Source of the DNA: Bdellovibrionota bacterium
GTDB lineage: Bacteria > Bdellovibrionota > UBA1018 > CAIPTA01 > JAALKR01
DNA length: 64,000 bases
NCBI GenBank assembly: GCA_965207455.1
Contig: CBDBMJ010000001.1
Coordinates: 800,001-864,000 of the forward strand
Reading direction: 5' to 3'
Part shown: in pieces, positions 20,279 through 30,741 of the stretch
Layout: each line of letters begins with the position of its first letter
Position numbering within the stretch: the stretch's first letter is position 1
Notes under the pieces: generated by a model
What the model saw: only the letters and a program-made list of their open reading frames with translations
Told to the model about the DNA's origin: nothing
The model's database searches: none
Translations under genes and position numbers: made by a program

Positions 20279-21478
20279 TTAATGAAAAATTCCCTTTCTA
20301 TAAGAGGATTTTGCTGCCATTCGAGCAGGAAACCAAGCTGCTATGGATACCACCAGTATAGCCGATAATACTATACCCGTAATATAAAAAGGAGAAATAC
20401 GAACAGGTAATTTTCTATCGTAAAAAATATCGGGTAACTCAATAAAAGAGTAATTTCTTAGTAAAAGGCAAATCATAAGCCCCACAATCAAACCTATAAA
20501 CGTACCTGCTTTTCCCACAATCACTCCTTGCAGTAAAAATATCTTTCCAATTTGTTTCTCTGTGGCTCCCATTACCCTCATAATAGAAATATCCTGTCGC
20601 TTTTCCGAGACCAACATCATAAGTGAAGTAATAATATTAAAACTAGCCACTAAAATAATCATTAACAAAATTAAAAACATAACAATCCGCTCTAATTGAA
20701 TGGAAGAAAATAAATGGGCATTTAATTCTTTCCAATCCTGTACACGATATGTTGCGCCCAATAGGGATTGGATTTTATCGCTTAACTCTCCTGTATCGTC
20801 GAAACTACTAACTTGCACCTCTACTTGATTTACTTCGTTTTTTCCTTTTTTTAAAAATTCTCTCACATCCTCAATAAGAGCATACATTACATGAATATCC
20901 CTCTGCAGCACTCCACTCTCATAAACACCCTTTACGAAAAAAGAACGAATTCTGGGGATATTTTCCAATGGACCTTCCGTTTCTATGGGAGATAATAGGG
21001 CCACAGTGTCTCCAGGAAAAATACTAAGCTCCTGAGCTAGGTCGTTACCCACCCAAGCTTGTCTGCCTGAGTGCTTAGGAACTTCCTCCACTAATGTTTC
21101 TTTTATCCTGCCTATATGGGAATCTGTGATTCCATGAATGGAAACACCAGATACTTGATTCCCTGTGCGAAGGATAGCCTCAGTCTTTAAAACTGGATGA
21201 ATAGATAAAATCCTAGAATCTAAATTAGATAAACGCTGTCTATCTTCTTTTGTAAAAGAAAAAAATCCAGTTTTTTTTGTCACTAATATATGGAAACTCC
21301 CACTGGTCAATCGATCCCTTAACGTCTCCTCAAACCCATCCATCACAGAAAGAACCACTATAAGAGTACATACCCCTATGGCTACCCCTATAATGGAAAA
21401 TCCGCTAATAATAGATATGAATTGATTGTTTTTTTTCGATCGTAAATAACGAATACCAATAGTAGCCCAAAAGCTCAT
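20279..21478 (-). CDS. lolC: Lipoprotein-releasing ABC permease LolC/E
   Basis: RYLRSKK..FIS.IS, VLSVMDGFE, ASFNI..SL...V.EKR.DI.I.R.MGA. Confidence 0.85.
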   Translation of the reverse strand: MSFWATIGIRYLRSKKNNQFISIISGFSIIGVAIGVCTLIVVLSVMDGFEETLRDRLTSGSFHILVTKKTGFFSFTKEDRQRLSNLDSRILSIHPVLKTEAILRTGNQVSGVSIHGITDSHIGRIKETLVEEVPKHSGRQAWVGNDLAQELSIFPGDTVALLSPIETEGPLENIPRIRSFFVKGVYESGVLQRDIHVMYALIEDVREFLKKGKNEVNQVEVQVSSFDDTGELSDKIQSLLGATYRVQDWKELNAHLFSSIQLERIVMFLILLMIILVASFNIITSLMMLVSEKRQDISIMRVMGATEKQIGKIFLLQGVIVGKAGTFIGLIVGLMICLLLRNYSFIELPDIFYDRKLPVRISPFYITGIVLSAILVVSIAAWFPARMAAKSSYRKGIFH

Positions 21479-23574
21479 CGGTAAAAGGAACTCGTATATT
21501 CACTTAAAGCAGGACTTATGGAAAAACGCTCGCCTAAACCTTCTTCATAAAAACGATTCAAAGATTTTTTTATCTTATCCAAGCCCACTGCATCGGCATA
21601 ACGTAATAGCCCTCCCCGGAAAGGCGGAAACCCCGTGCCCATAATAAGACCCAAATCCACTTCCTGTGGGGTTTTTACAATACCCTCCTGGAGAATAATA
21701 GCCGCTTCATTAATCATAGTACATAACATGCGATCCAGTATATCCTTATCCGATAAAGAAGCATTCTTGCTATTGATGTGCTCATAAATAGTATCATCCA
21801 CACCCACAGCCTTGTTCCCATCCCAACGATAAAAACCCTTCTTATTCTTCCTTCCCAATCGACCACTGGAAGCTAACGTATCTGTTAAAGACGATGCTTT
21901 TGCCCTCTCCCCATAAGCTTCATATAAAACCTTTGCAACCTTAGCTGCTGTATCAATACCCACTTCATCTACTAAACGCAAAGGACCCATGGGCATACCA
22001 AATTTTACCATTATCCGATCCACACGCTCAATGGACACCCCCTGCTCTAAAAGAAAACAAGCTTCATTGAGGTACGGCAATAAAAGACGGTTGACCAAAA
22101 ATCCTGCACAGTTTTTTACCACAATGGGCGTCTTTTGCAGTCGCTTAGATAATTCATAGAGCGTTGCCACCGTCTCGTCGCTCGTCTTCTCTCCAGCAAT
22201 TACCTCCACCAACGGCATCCGATTAACAGGATTGAAAAAATGCAATCCAGCTACTTTTTCTGGTCGCTTTGCCACAGACTGTAACTCTGTAATGGAAAGA
22301 GAACTGGTATTGGAAGCAAAAATGCAATCAGAAGAAATATGCTTTTCCGTCTCCTGCAATACCTTCTTTTTTATATCCATATTCTCCACAATAGCTTCCA
22401 CTACCACACCCGTTGAAGAAAAACCCTTATAGTCCACACCACCACTAATGAAACCCATGGATTGATTAAACTCCCTAGGAGTAATACGCCTTCGCTTCAA
22501 ACCAAAAGAAAAGTTCTTTGCCGACTGCTCATAACCAAGAGAAAGAGCCTCATATGTAATATCCTTCATACGAACAGGTATCTTTACCTTTGCAAAAGCA
22601 TGGGCAATACCTCCACCCATAATACCCGCACCCAATACACCCACTGAAGAAACGGGAGAAGAACCCTTTACAGTATTTTTTCGTACAGACTCTGTAAGTA
22701 GAAAAAGCTCAATCAATCGCTTTGATTCAGGCGTAATCACCAGATCAGCAAAAGCCCTCACCTCCTGCTGCAAACACCACTTCATATTGGAACTTCCGTA
22801 TGTTTTCCCCAATAAATTTAAAATCGCAAGAGGGGCAGGATAACGTCCCTTTGTCTTTTTTTGCACATTCTTGCGGGCCATCCCAAATATTAAAATTCGA
22901 CCAATAAACGTATGCAAAAGAAAAGCTCCTAAACCTTTTCGAGTCTTCTTAGGCGGCTTCCCATGATTTTTTTTCGCCCAAACTAAGGCTCGCTCATTAA
23001 AATCTTCTGCAGGCAGCACCGCTGAAGCTATGTCCACCTTCCATGCTTTCTTCCCGTTAATCTGCTTTCCTGTTAAAATTAAATCCAATGCCGTTGTTAA
23101 ATCTTTCACTACACGTGGGAGTCGAATAGAACCACCAAACCCAGGCAAAATACCTAACTGCACCTCCGGTAAACCTATTTTTACATTTTTACTATCTGAA
23201 ACCACCCGCTTCTTGCACGCAAGGGCCAACTCAAACCCCCCACCTAAACAAATCCCACCAATGGCTGCCACCGTCTCAAAAGGAAGATGGGAAATACGAG
23301 TAATGGTTTGCTGACCACTCGTACATTTTTTTACCGCTTTCTCAAAAGAATCTAAACTCTGAATTAAACTAATGTCCGCACCAGCAACATAAACCGTTTC
23401 CTTAGAACTGGTAATGATTAAACCTTTTACATCTGTACGCTTTTCCAAATCGTCTAATACGGAACCCAACTCTTGTAAAGCCCTCGCAGTAAAAACATTC
23501 GCCTTGGAATCCGGCTGCTGAAAACGTAACTCCAACCAAGAATCCCCCCTATCTATCAACTCAAAGTTTTCCAA
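21475..23574 (-). CDS. fadJ: Fatty acid oxidation complex alpha subunit (enoyl-CoA hydratase / 3-hydroxyacyl-CoA dehydrogenase)
   Basis: AGADI, GGGFELALAC, GLPEVQLGILPG, GAGIMGGGIA, SNTSS, HFFNPV, GFPPFRGG. Probable TTG start at 23574. Confidence 0.9.
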   Translation of the reverse strand: MENFELIDRGDSWLELRFQQPDSKANVFTARALQELGSVLDDLEKRTDVKGLIITSSKETVYVAGADISLIQSLDSFEKAVKKCTSGQQTITRISHLPFETVAAIGGICLGGGFELALACKKRVVSDSKNVKIGLPEVQLGILPGFGGSIRLPRVVKDLTTALDLILTGKQINGKKAWKVDIASAVLPAEDFNERALVWAKKNHGKPPKKTRKGLGAFLLHTFIGRILIFGMARKNVQKKTKGRYPAPLAILNLLGKTYGSSNMKWCLQQEVRAFADLVITPESKRLIELFLLTESVRKNTVKGSSPVSSVGVLGAGIMGGGIAHAFAKVKIPVRMKDITYEALSLGYEQSAKNFSFGLKRRRITPREFNQSMGFISGGVDYKGFSSTGVVVEAIVENMDIKKKVLQETEKHISSDCIFASNTSSLSITELQSVAKRPEKVAGLHFFNPVNRMPLVEVIAGEKTSDETVATLYELSKRLQKTPIVVKNCAGFLVNRLLLPYLNEACFLLEQGVSIERVDRIMVKFGMPMGPLRLVDEVGIDTAAKVAKVLYEAYGERAKASSLTDTLASSGRLGRKNKKGFYRWDGNKAVGVDDTIYEHINSKNASLSDKDILDRMLCTMINEAAIILQEGIVKTPQEVDLGLIMGTGFPPFRGGLLRYADAVGLDKIKKSLNRFYEEGLGERFSISPALSEYTSSFYR

Positions 23575-23576
23575 CG

Positions 23577-24914
23577 CTATACTACCCTTTCCATAATAAT
23601 AGACTGACCCTGACCCCCTCCCACACATAAAGTGGAAAGAGAAAATTGCTTCTGCGTCCGTTCTAATTGCTTCAAAGCCGTAAGAAGAATCCTAGTCCCA
23701 GAGGCTCCCACAGGATGCCCTAAAGCCACAGCCCCACCATATTGATTGAGCTTCCCTGGGTCGATCTCCCCCAAAGCATCGGCCCTGCCTAAACAATCAT
23801 TGGCAAACTTCTTGGAATTCATCGCCTTCATCACAGCAAGCACCTGAACACTAAACGCTTCATTGACCTCAATAACGTCCATCTGATCCAAACTCAATCC
23901 CGTTTGATCCATCACCTTAGCCGTAGCATACACAGGACCCAAACCCATTCGCTGAGGCTCCAATCCAGCCGCCGATATCCCTCGAATCTTTCCAAGAACG
24001 GAATACCCTCGCTCCTTCGCCATGGATAAAGGCATAAGCGCTAAAGCCGCAGCCCCATCCGTAATGGAACAGGAATTGGCCACCGTAACCGTCCCATTCA
24101 CCCGATCAAAATAAGGTCGAAACTTAGCCATCTTCTCCATGACTAAATTTTTCCTAGGACCAATGTCGTCAGTCACAATAGACTTATACTTGGGAGGCAC
24201 CGGAACAGGCACAATCTCATCCCCTAACCAACCAGACTCCTGAGCAACCACACTCTTACGGTGACTCTCCATAGCGAAATGATCCTGATCCTCCCTACTT
24301 ATCTGAAACTCTCTGGCTAAAATTTCTGCCGTCTGACCCATGTTCAAACCACAAAGAGGATCCACCAATGCCTCCTGAACAGCAATAATCGGCTTTAAAA
24401 AAGGCAGACGAAAGGACAAGAGCGCTCGAAGACGACCACTCGCCGTCTTCGCCTTAAACATATTCATAAATAAACCTGTCATTTTTTTATTAAAAAGAAG
24501 GGGAAGGTTACTCATACTCTCAGCCCCACCCACTAACATCACATCAGAATACCCTGTGGCAATCTTTAACCAAGCCTGAGCCACTGACTCCATTCCAGAA
24601 GCACAGTTCCGATTCACCGTATACGCAGGTATGGACTTATGCAAACCCGCACTCAAGGCAATTACCCTCGATACATTGCTAGCATCCACAGGACCACCCA
24701 CATTGCCAATCACCACTTCATCTACTTTTGTTTGACCACTAAAACCGTCGCCCATATGTAAACGTAAAGTAAGCTCCTTTAAAGCAATACGACCCAAGTC
24801 CTGAGCCCGCAACGAAGCTAACTTATCCCCCGCTTTTACAAAGGGAGTACGCACTCCATCCACAATGGCCACTTCTCTTAAATTATCTATTTGATGTATA
24901 TTTTTTTGATTCAT
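23577..24914 (-). CDS. fadI: 3-ketoacyl-CoA thiolase
   Basis: RTPF, NRNCASG, NEAFS, GHPVGASG, LCVGGGQG. Confidence 0.9.
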   Translation of the reverse strand: MNQKNIHQIDNLREVAIVDGVRTPFVKAGDKLASLRAQDLGRIALKELTLRLHMGDGFSGQTKVDEVVIGNVGGPVDASNVSRVIALSAGLHKSIPAYTVNRNCASGMESVAQAWLKIATGYSDVMLVGGAESMSNLPLLFNKKMTGLFMNMFKAKTASGRLRALLSFRLPFLKPIIAVQEALVDPLCGLNMGQTAEILAREFQISREDQDHFAMESHRKSVVAQESGWLGDEIVPVPVPPKYKSIVTDDIGPRKNLVMEKMAKFRPYFDRVNGTVTVANSCSITDGAAALALMPLSMAKERGYSVLGKIRGISAAGLEPQRMGLGPVYATAKVMDQTGLSLDQMDVIEVNEAFSVQVLAVMKAMNSKKFANDCLGRADALGEIDPGKLNQYGGAVALGHPVGASGTRILLTALKQLERTQKQFSLSTLCVGGGQGQSIIMERVV

Positions 24915-25027
24915 TCTGCCCCTTCCGCTGGGTCAAAAATACAACAAAAAAAAGGAAATGAGTAGTAAATTCAGGCTGCTCAATGTGTTATTTTGAACTT
25001 TTATGCCTTAACAACATTTAAAAAATT

Positions 25028-26137
25028 CTAAAATGCGAAAAAAGCTCCACCAGAAACTACATAGAAATCTTCGTCGTAAATAGATCTGCCTACCCTGCTC
25101 TTATCCCTTGACGACGAACCATAATAGGAACGATCGTTATTGTTAGAACTCAAAGCCGTATTATAGGTTAAATCTACCCCAAATCCCACACCTTCAGAAA
25201 ACTTTAGGTCGAAACCAGCTCTCATAAAAGCTGTCCAAGAAGTCACCTGATAGTCTGCGTCACTATTGCTGTTGCCACGATACGAATCGTAACCGTCATC
25301 CTTATAATTTAAATACCCTCGAACATGGCCCACACCACCTCCCACATAAGGACGAAGATTGGACTCTGTATGGAAAAGTCGGATTTGCGTGCCTAAACTA
25401 AATATATTTTGATTATATTCCATCTCGTCCCTTGCACTCAAACTATTTCTAGTGCTCACTCTATAATTACCATACGAATTGGAAACAGGAACATCGTAAC
25501 GAGCGTATGTATAACCAAAAGTAAATAATAAACGATCGTTAAACTCATAATTTAACCCCAAATTCCAAGCCATACGACCTTCTATGTCGTAATAGTCGCT
25601 GGATATGTTGGGAACTCCTACACCAAAATACATAGACACTAACTTCTTCTTAACTAACAGTTTCTCTGGCTCCATCACTTCTGCATAATTCACAGGATAT
25701 ACTTCCTGAGGTAATTCAGGAGAAACTGCCTCACTCTCAGACATGGCACTCTCTATACGATTGAGAATTTTTGCCTCTGTCTTCAAACGCTCCTGATTTA
25801 ATTTATTATCAATGCGCTCCTGAAGCTTTTCACCCAAACTCTTCTCCTTAGGTATCACAGATAGAACAGGTGCATTGTTACTCTGAAACACAGAATTTTG
25901 AGCAGGCGCTGCCTGTACATAAATAACTTGAGGAGGTGGTGGCTGACGGTATCGCCTTGACCTATAATCGCGGTTTTCTGTGCGAATCAACGGCTCTTCT
26001 ACCACCATATTATTGTTCTCTCCCTCCACGCTATTGAACGTTTGAGTGGATTTTAGCTCTGATACCCCATACATGGGAAAAGCAAATAGACAGAAAATAG
26101 CTATTATTCCAATATTCCTCTTTTTCTTTATCATCAT
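25028..26137 (-). CDS. Outer-membrane beta-barrel protein with N-terminal Pro/Gln-rich and coiled-coil region
   Basis: Signal peptide, RPYVGGGVG, amphipathic strands, terminal Phe. TTGACA-N17-TATAAG at 26202-26174. Confidence 0.75.
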   Translation of the reverse strand: MMIKKKRNIGIIAIFCLFAFPMYGVSELKSTQTFNSVEGENNNMVVEEPLIRTENRDYRSRRYRQPPPPQVIYVQAAPAQNSVFQSNNAPVLSVIPKEKSLGEKLQERIDNKLNQERLKTEAKILNRIESAMSESEAVSPELPQEVYPVNYAEVMEPEKLLVKKKLVSMYFGVGVPNISSDYYDIEGRMAWNLGLNYEFNDRLLFTFGYTYARYDVPVSNSYGNYRVSTRNSLSARDEMEYNQNIFSLGTQIRLFHTESNLRPYVGGGVGHVRGYLNYKDDGYDSYRGNSNSDADYQVTSWTAFMRAGFDLKFSEGVGFGVDLTYNTALSSNNNDRSYYGSSSRDKSRVGRSIYDEDFYVVSGGAFFAF

Positions 26138-26225
26138 TTTCTCCTTCTTTCTGTTTAATATTTCTCAAACACACTTATACCGCATTTAGTCATTTTTGTC
26201 AAGTTTATATTGACTATATTTTGAT

Positions 26226-26371
26226 AAAAACTGTAAGGTATTGAAAATAAAAGATTTTTTTCTTTATTTTTCTAATGCGACACATCCAAACAGCCGATAT
26301 GGGCCAAAAAAGTGTAAGCTATTGAAAATAAAAGATTTTTTCTAATGCGACACCCCCGAACAGCCGATATG
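26226..26371 (+). promoter_or_regulatory. Duplicated ~70-bp promoter module with sigma28-like GCCGATAT
   Basis: TGTAAG.TATTGAAAATAAAAGATTTTTT..CTAATGCGACAC..AACAGCCGATATG occurs twice. GCCGATAT at 26293 and 26363. Confidence 0.6.
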
Positions 26372-26395
26372 CATACAAACAAGGAGAGGAAAAAC

Positions 26396-26836
26396 ATGAA
26401 ACCCTACCCTATTGCCATGAGCAATGCAGCGCTTCATACCCCGGAGTCGGAAAAGATAAGCCGTCAAAAGTCGCCAGGATCCTCTAATGCTGCCAGTTCC
26501 CAAAACCCCCTTAAGATAGGAAAAGCAAGCAAAGCGGACAATGACCTGGAAACAGCTCAGTCTCCCCTCTACGAAAAAATACACAAGCCTGAAGAGGAAA
26601 AAAAAGAGGAGCAAGCCACGGAACCCGTCAAAGCCCCATACACTAACAAAAAGAAATTTCAGGTATGGGACAAGCAAGTCCTCAATAAAACCCTTCTTCG
26701 CCTCTTGGCCAGAATCGAAGCCAAGGCCTCCTACCTCAAAACACAGACTTTGCAGAAAATGCAACAAAAGCACAAGGGCGTTATTCTGGATATAAAGAAC
26801 ACAGACTCCGACAAAGAGCGCAAAACCACAAAGTAG
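26396..26836 (+). CDS. Hypothetical hydrophilic protein
   Basis: ATG after AAGGAGAGG. Low-complexity N-terminus and helical basic C-terminus. Confidence 0.6.
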   Translation: MKPYPIAMSNAALHTPESEKISRQKSPGSSNAASSQNPLKIGKASKADNDLETAQSPLYEKIHKPEEEKKEEQATEPVKAPYTNKKKFQVWDKQVLNKTLLRLLARIEAKASYLKTQTLQKMQQKHKGVILDIKNTDSDKERKTTK

Positions 26837-26880
26837 TTTTGGGTCTAGCAAAAACGCTTATTTTCCGATACAAAAAAACC

Positions 26881-28500
26881 ATGAACGCAATTTTCCAAAC
26901 CCCGAAACCCATCAACGAACCCATCTACCCTTATGCTCCAGGAGAAAAAAGAGAAATGCTCAAAAAAGCTCTGGGAGATATTCGCAAGGAATCTATCCAT
27001 ATTCCTCTTATTATTAACGGCCAAGAAGTTTTCACCTCATCTTCTGTGAGCCTACAGGAACCCCATGCTTTGTCTCTAAAACTAGCCGACTGTAGTCAAG
27101 CCGACGAAGAACATGCCCAATCAGCCATAACCGCTGCCCTAAAGGCAAAACCAGCTTGGGAGAGAATGCCCTGGGAAGAGCGCGCCGCTATTTTTTTAAA
27201 AACCGCAGACCTAATCGCCCATAAATACCGGAACCAACTCAACGGAGCCACCATGTTGGGACAAAGTAAAACAGTCCATCAGGCAGAGATAGATTCAGCC
27301 TGCGAGCTCATCGATTTTCTTCGCTTCAATGTAACTTATATGGAGCAAATCTATCGAGAACAGCCGGGGGAGAACTCCCCAGGAATTTGGAACCGACTAG
27401 AGCACCGTCCCTTGGAAGGCTTTGTCTTTGCCATCACTCCTTTCAATTTCACAGCCATTGCGGCAAATCTTCCAGCAGCACCTGCCCTAATGGGTAATAC
27501 GGTTGTGTGGAAGCCTAGCTCAACAGCCACCCTCTCGGGCTATTATTTTATGAAAATTTTAAAAGAAGCAGGTCTTCCCGACGGAGTGATTAATTTCCTT
27601 CCTGGCCCCAGTGGAAAAATTGCTCCTCCTCTCTTAAAAAATCCCCACCTATCGGGAGTGCATTTTACGGGAAGCACCGCTGTTTTCCAATCCATTTGGA
27701 AAACCATTGGAACGAATATTGAGTCCTACCAAAGCTACCCAAGAGTGGTGGGAGAAACGGGAGGCAAGGATTTTGTATTTGCCCATCCCAGCGCCGACTA
27801 CCAACAACTGGCCACTGCCCTAGTACGAGGAGCTTTTGAATACCAAGGACAAAAGTGCAGTGCCGCTTCCCGTGCCTATATTCCAAAATCCCTATGGAAA
27901 AAAACCCAGGAATATATGGAAGCACAGATATCGAGTATAAAAGTTGGAGACGTTACAGATCTATCGAACTTTATGGGTGCTCTTATCGATGAAAAATCTT
28001 TCACAAAAGTTTCTGGCTATATACAACGGGCAAAGGAATCTCAAGATTGCTCCGTTTATGGCGGCGAGTATTCAAAAAAAGAAGGCTACTTTGTACACCC
28101 CACGGTAATAGAAGCCCGTAACCCCCATTATGAAAGTATGGTGGAAGAAATTTTTGGACCTGTTCTCACCGTATATACCTACGAAGATAAAGATTATTCC
28201 TCCACATTAGATCTTTGCAATAGCTCCTCCTCCTACGCCCTTACCGGCTCCATTTTTTCCCAAGACAGGCAAGCTATCTGTGAGGCAAATGAAAAATTAC
28301 TCCATGCTGCTGGAAATTTCTATATCAACGACAAACCAACAGGTGCCGTTGTGGGACAACAGCCCTTTGGCGGAGGCAGAGCTTCTGGAACAAACGACAA
28401 AGCAGGCAGCCTCTTGAACCTATTGCGATGGGTATCTCCAAGAACCATAAAGGAAACTTTTGTGGCTCCCACAGACTATACCTATCCATTTATGAGATAG
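26881..28500 (+). CDS. pruA: L-glutamate gamma-semialdehyde (P5C) dehydrogenase
   Basis: QAEIDSACELIDF, PFNFTAI, ETGGKDF, FEYQGQKCSA, EEIFGPV, GQQPFGG.RASGTNDK. Confidence 0.95.
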   Translation: MNAIFQTPKPINEPIYPYAPGEKREMLKKALGDIRKESIHIPLIINGQEVFTSSSVSLQEPHALSLKLADCSQADEEHAQSAITAALKAKPAWERMPWEERAAIFLKTADLIAHKYRNQLNGATMLGQSKTVHQAEIDSACELIDFLRFNVTYMEQIYREQPGENSPGIWNRLEHRPLEGFVFAITPFNFTAIAANLPAAPALMGNTVVWKPSSTATLSGYYFMKILKEAGLPDGVINFLPGPSGKIAPPLLKNPHLSGVHFTGSTAVFQSIWKTIGTNIESYQSYPRVVGETGGKDFVFAHPSADYQQLATALVRGAFEYQGQKCSAASRAYIPKSLWKKTQEYMEAQISSIKVGDVTDLSNFMGALIDEKSFTKVSGYIQRAKESQDCSVYGGEYSKKEGYFVHPTVIEARNPHYESMVEEIFGPVLTVYTYEDKDYSSTLDLCNSSSSYALTGSIFSQDRQAICEANEKLLHAAGNFYINDKPTGAVVGQQPFGGGRASGTNDKAGSLLNLLRWVSPRTIKETFVAPTDYTYPFMR

Positions 28501-28538
28501 AACTATCTAAGATAGAACTATCTAAGATAGAACTATCT
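28495..28538. repeat. 3 x 15-bp palindromic tandem repeat AGATAGAACTATCTA
   Basis: Read directly. The unit contains the pruA and rarA stop codons. Confidence 0.9.
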
Positions 28539-29780
28539 TCCTTTAAGCCAGTCCATACGCTCTTTAATTCTTTTTTCATAGCCACGATCCGTGGGAATAT
28601 AATAAACACTACCTTCCAACTCTTTCGGCAAATGATGGTGTTCCACCCGTCCATCCACTTCATTATGGGCATAGACATAGCCCTTTCCATACCCTAAATC
28701 TTTCATCATCTTTGTGGGTGCGTTTCTCAAGTGAAAGGGAATATTTCCCTTCAACTCCACATCTATTTTTGCTTTTTTATAGGCCATATAGGAAGCGTTA
28801 CTCTTAGGAGCTGTGGCTAAGTAGATGGCCACTTGAGATAGGGGTATCCAACCCTCTGGAGCACCCACTCGGTGAAAGGCCTCAGCTCCAGAGACTGCCA
28901 CTTGTAAGGCTCGTGGGTCTGCATTTCCCACATCCTCAGAAGCAAAAATAATCATTCTTCGAGCTAAAAACTGAGGATCTTCTCCTGCCTCATACATACG
29001 AGCTAAATAGTAAATAGATGCATCGGGATCTGATCCACGCATACTTTTAATAAAAGCAGAGATACAGTCGTAGTGTTGATCTCCTTTCCTGTCGTAATAA
29101 ATGGTCTTTTTACTAAATATTTCATTTAAACTATCCACAGTTATATTGGTATTTATTTCAGCGACTATCTCTAAAGCACCCAGACCCCTACGGGCATCAC
29201 CACTTGCTATGCTCACCAGTACGTCCCATGCTCCCTCTTCAATAGTACATCGGTATGAGCCTAGGCCGTGCTCTTTATCAATCCAAGCTCGTCGTAGAAT
29301 AGACTTTATGGCACTATCGCTCAAAGCATTGAGCACAAATAATTTACAACGACTCATCAATGGATTAATTAACGTGAAAGAAGGATTCTCCGTTGTGGCT
29401 CCAATGAGTATAATTGTGCCATCCTCCACATAAGGAAGAAGGGCATCTTGCTGAGCTTTATTCCATCGATGGATTTCATCGATAAAAATAACGGTTTGCT
29501 CCTCGTTGGCCTGTGCTTGATCCACTAATTTCCGTAATTCATTTACTCCAGAAAGCACTGCGGATAACTGGGGCTTATCCCCTGCCAATAGACGGGCAAT
29601 TGTGGTTTTTCCACAGCCCGGCGGTCCCCAAAGAATCAAACTCGGCAAAGATTTAGAAAGTTGGCTCAACGGTTTATTGGGACCAATTAAATGTGGCTGC
29701 CCCTGGACTTCCTCTAAAACACGGGGACGCATGCGTTCCGCTAGTGGTGTTTTTTTCTGACCTTGAAATAAATTCGCCAT
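28533..29780 (-). CDS. rarA: Replication-associated recombination protein A
   Basis: PLAERMRP, GPPGCGKTT, IDEIHR.NKAQQD, GATTENPSF, SAFIKSMRGSDPDA, PKSN. Confidence 0.95.
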   Translation of the reverse strand: MANLFQGQKKTPLAERMRPRVLEEVQGQPHLIGPNKPLSQLSKSLPSLILWGPPGCGKTTIARLLAGDKPQLSAVLSGVNELRKLVDQAQANEEQTVIFIDEIHRWNKAQQDALLPYVEDGTIILIGATTENPSFTLINPLMSRCKLFVLNALSDSAIKSILRRAWIDKEHGLGSYRCTIEEGAWDVLVSIASGDARRGLGALEIVAEINTNITVDSLNEIFSKKTIYYDRKGDQHYDCISAFIKSMRGSDPDASIYYLARMYEAGEDPQFLARRMIIFASEDVGNADPRALQVAVSGAEAFHRVGAPEGWIPLSQVAIYLATAPKSNASYMAYKKAKIDVELKGNIPFHLRNAPTKMMKDLGYGKGYVYAHNEVDGRVEHHHLPKELEGSVYYIPTDRGYEKRIKERMDWLKGR

Positions 29781-29793
29781 ACCCTGTATCTAC

Positions 29794-30741
29794 TTATTTA
29801 TCCATAAGGTGGCAAGCTACTTTTTGCTCTCCGTAGAGTTTTAACTGGGGAGCCACTTGGGCACATTTCTCTTGGGCCTGTGGGCATCTTTTATGAAAAG
29901 AACAGCCCTTAGGCGGGTGGAGTGGTGAGGGCAGCTCTCCCCTCAAGGGAGGAGCTTTCCTGGGTATACTGGGGCTACTTGCCAATAGCGCTTTTGTATA
30001 GGGATGGAGTGGATCGTTAAAAATTTGTTCGCGGCTACCCATTTCCACCACTTTCCCTAGATACATTACCAATACTTCATCGGCAAGATGATGCACAATA
30101 GATAAATCGTGACTAATGAAAATATAGCTAAGCTGATAGGTATTTTGAAGTTCTATAAATAGATTCATCACCTGGGCTTGCACAGATACATCTAGGGCAG
30201 AGACAGGTTCATCACAAATTAAAATTTCTGGACGCAGCATAAGAGCACGAGCAATGCTAATTCTCTGTCGTTGACCTCCACTAAACATAGACGGGTATCG
30301 TTCCATATATTCCGAACGTAAGCCCACTGTTTCCATCATGCGTTCCACATGTTTTTTCGCTTCCTTCATTTCCATAATTTTATTGACAATTAGAGGTTCT
30401 GCAATAATTTGATATGTTTTTTTTCTAGGATTTAGGGAGCTATAGGGGTCTTGGAAAATCATTTGAATTTTCCTTCTTCGTTTTTCTGCGGAAATCATAC
30501 TCTCATTTTCACCATCTATTTTTATTTCTCCAAAAGAAGGTGTTTCTATACCCATTAAAAGTTTTGCTAACGTGCTTTTGCCACAACCACTTTCTCCCAC
30601 TATTCCCAGCGTTTTCCCTTTGGATAAAGAAAAAGAAACTCCGTCCAATGCTTTTAATTGTGTTCGATGAAAGTAATTATTCATTATGGGATAGTATTTT
30701 CCCAAATTATTTGCTTCCAGTATGGGAGTGGTTTCATGCAT
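29794..30741 (-). CDS. dppF: Dipeptide ABC transporter ATP-binding subunit
   Basis: GESGCGKST, FSGGQRQR, DEPVSALD, C-terminal Cys cluster. Confidence 0.88.
   Translation of the reverse strand: MHETTPILEANNLGKYYPIMNNYFHRTQLKALDGVSFSLSKGKTLGIVGESGCGKSTLAKLLMGIETPSFGEIKIDGENESMISAEKRRRKIQMIFQDPYSSLNPRKKTYQIIAEPLIVNKIMEMKEAKKHVERMMETVGLRSEYMERYPSMFSGGQRQRISIARALMLRPEILICDEPVSALDVSVQAQVMNLFIELQNTYQLSYIFISHDLSIVHHLADEVLVMYLGKVVEMGSREQIFNDPLHPYTKALLASSPSIPRKAPPLRGELPSPLHPPKGCSFHKRCPQAQEKCAQVAPQLKLYGEQKVACHLMDK

Noticed and set aside
20248..20320. Frameshift or fusion between the lolC end and the lipase start
   Set aside because: The LolC tail is atypical and the lipase frame stays open upstream without an ATG, but no specific lesion can be pinned down by eye.
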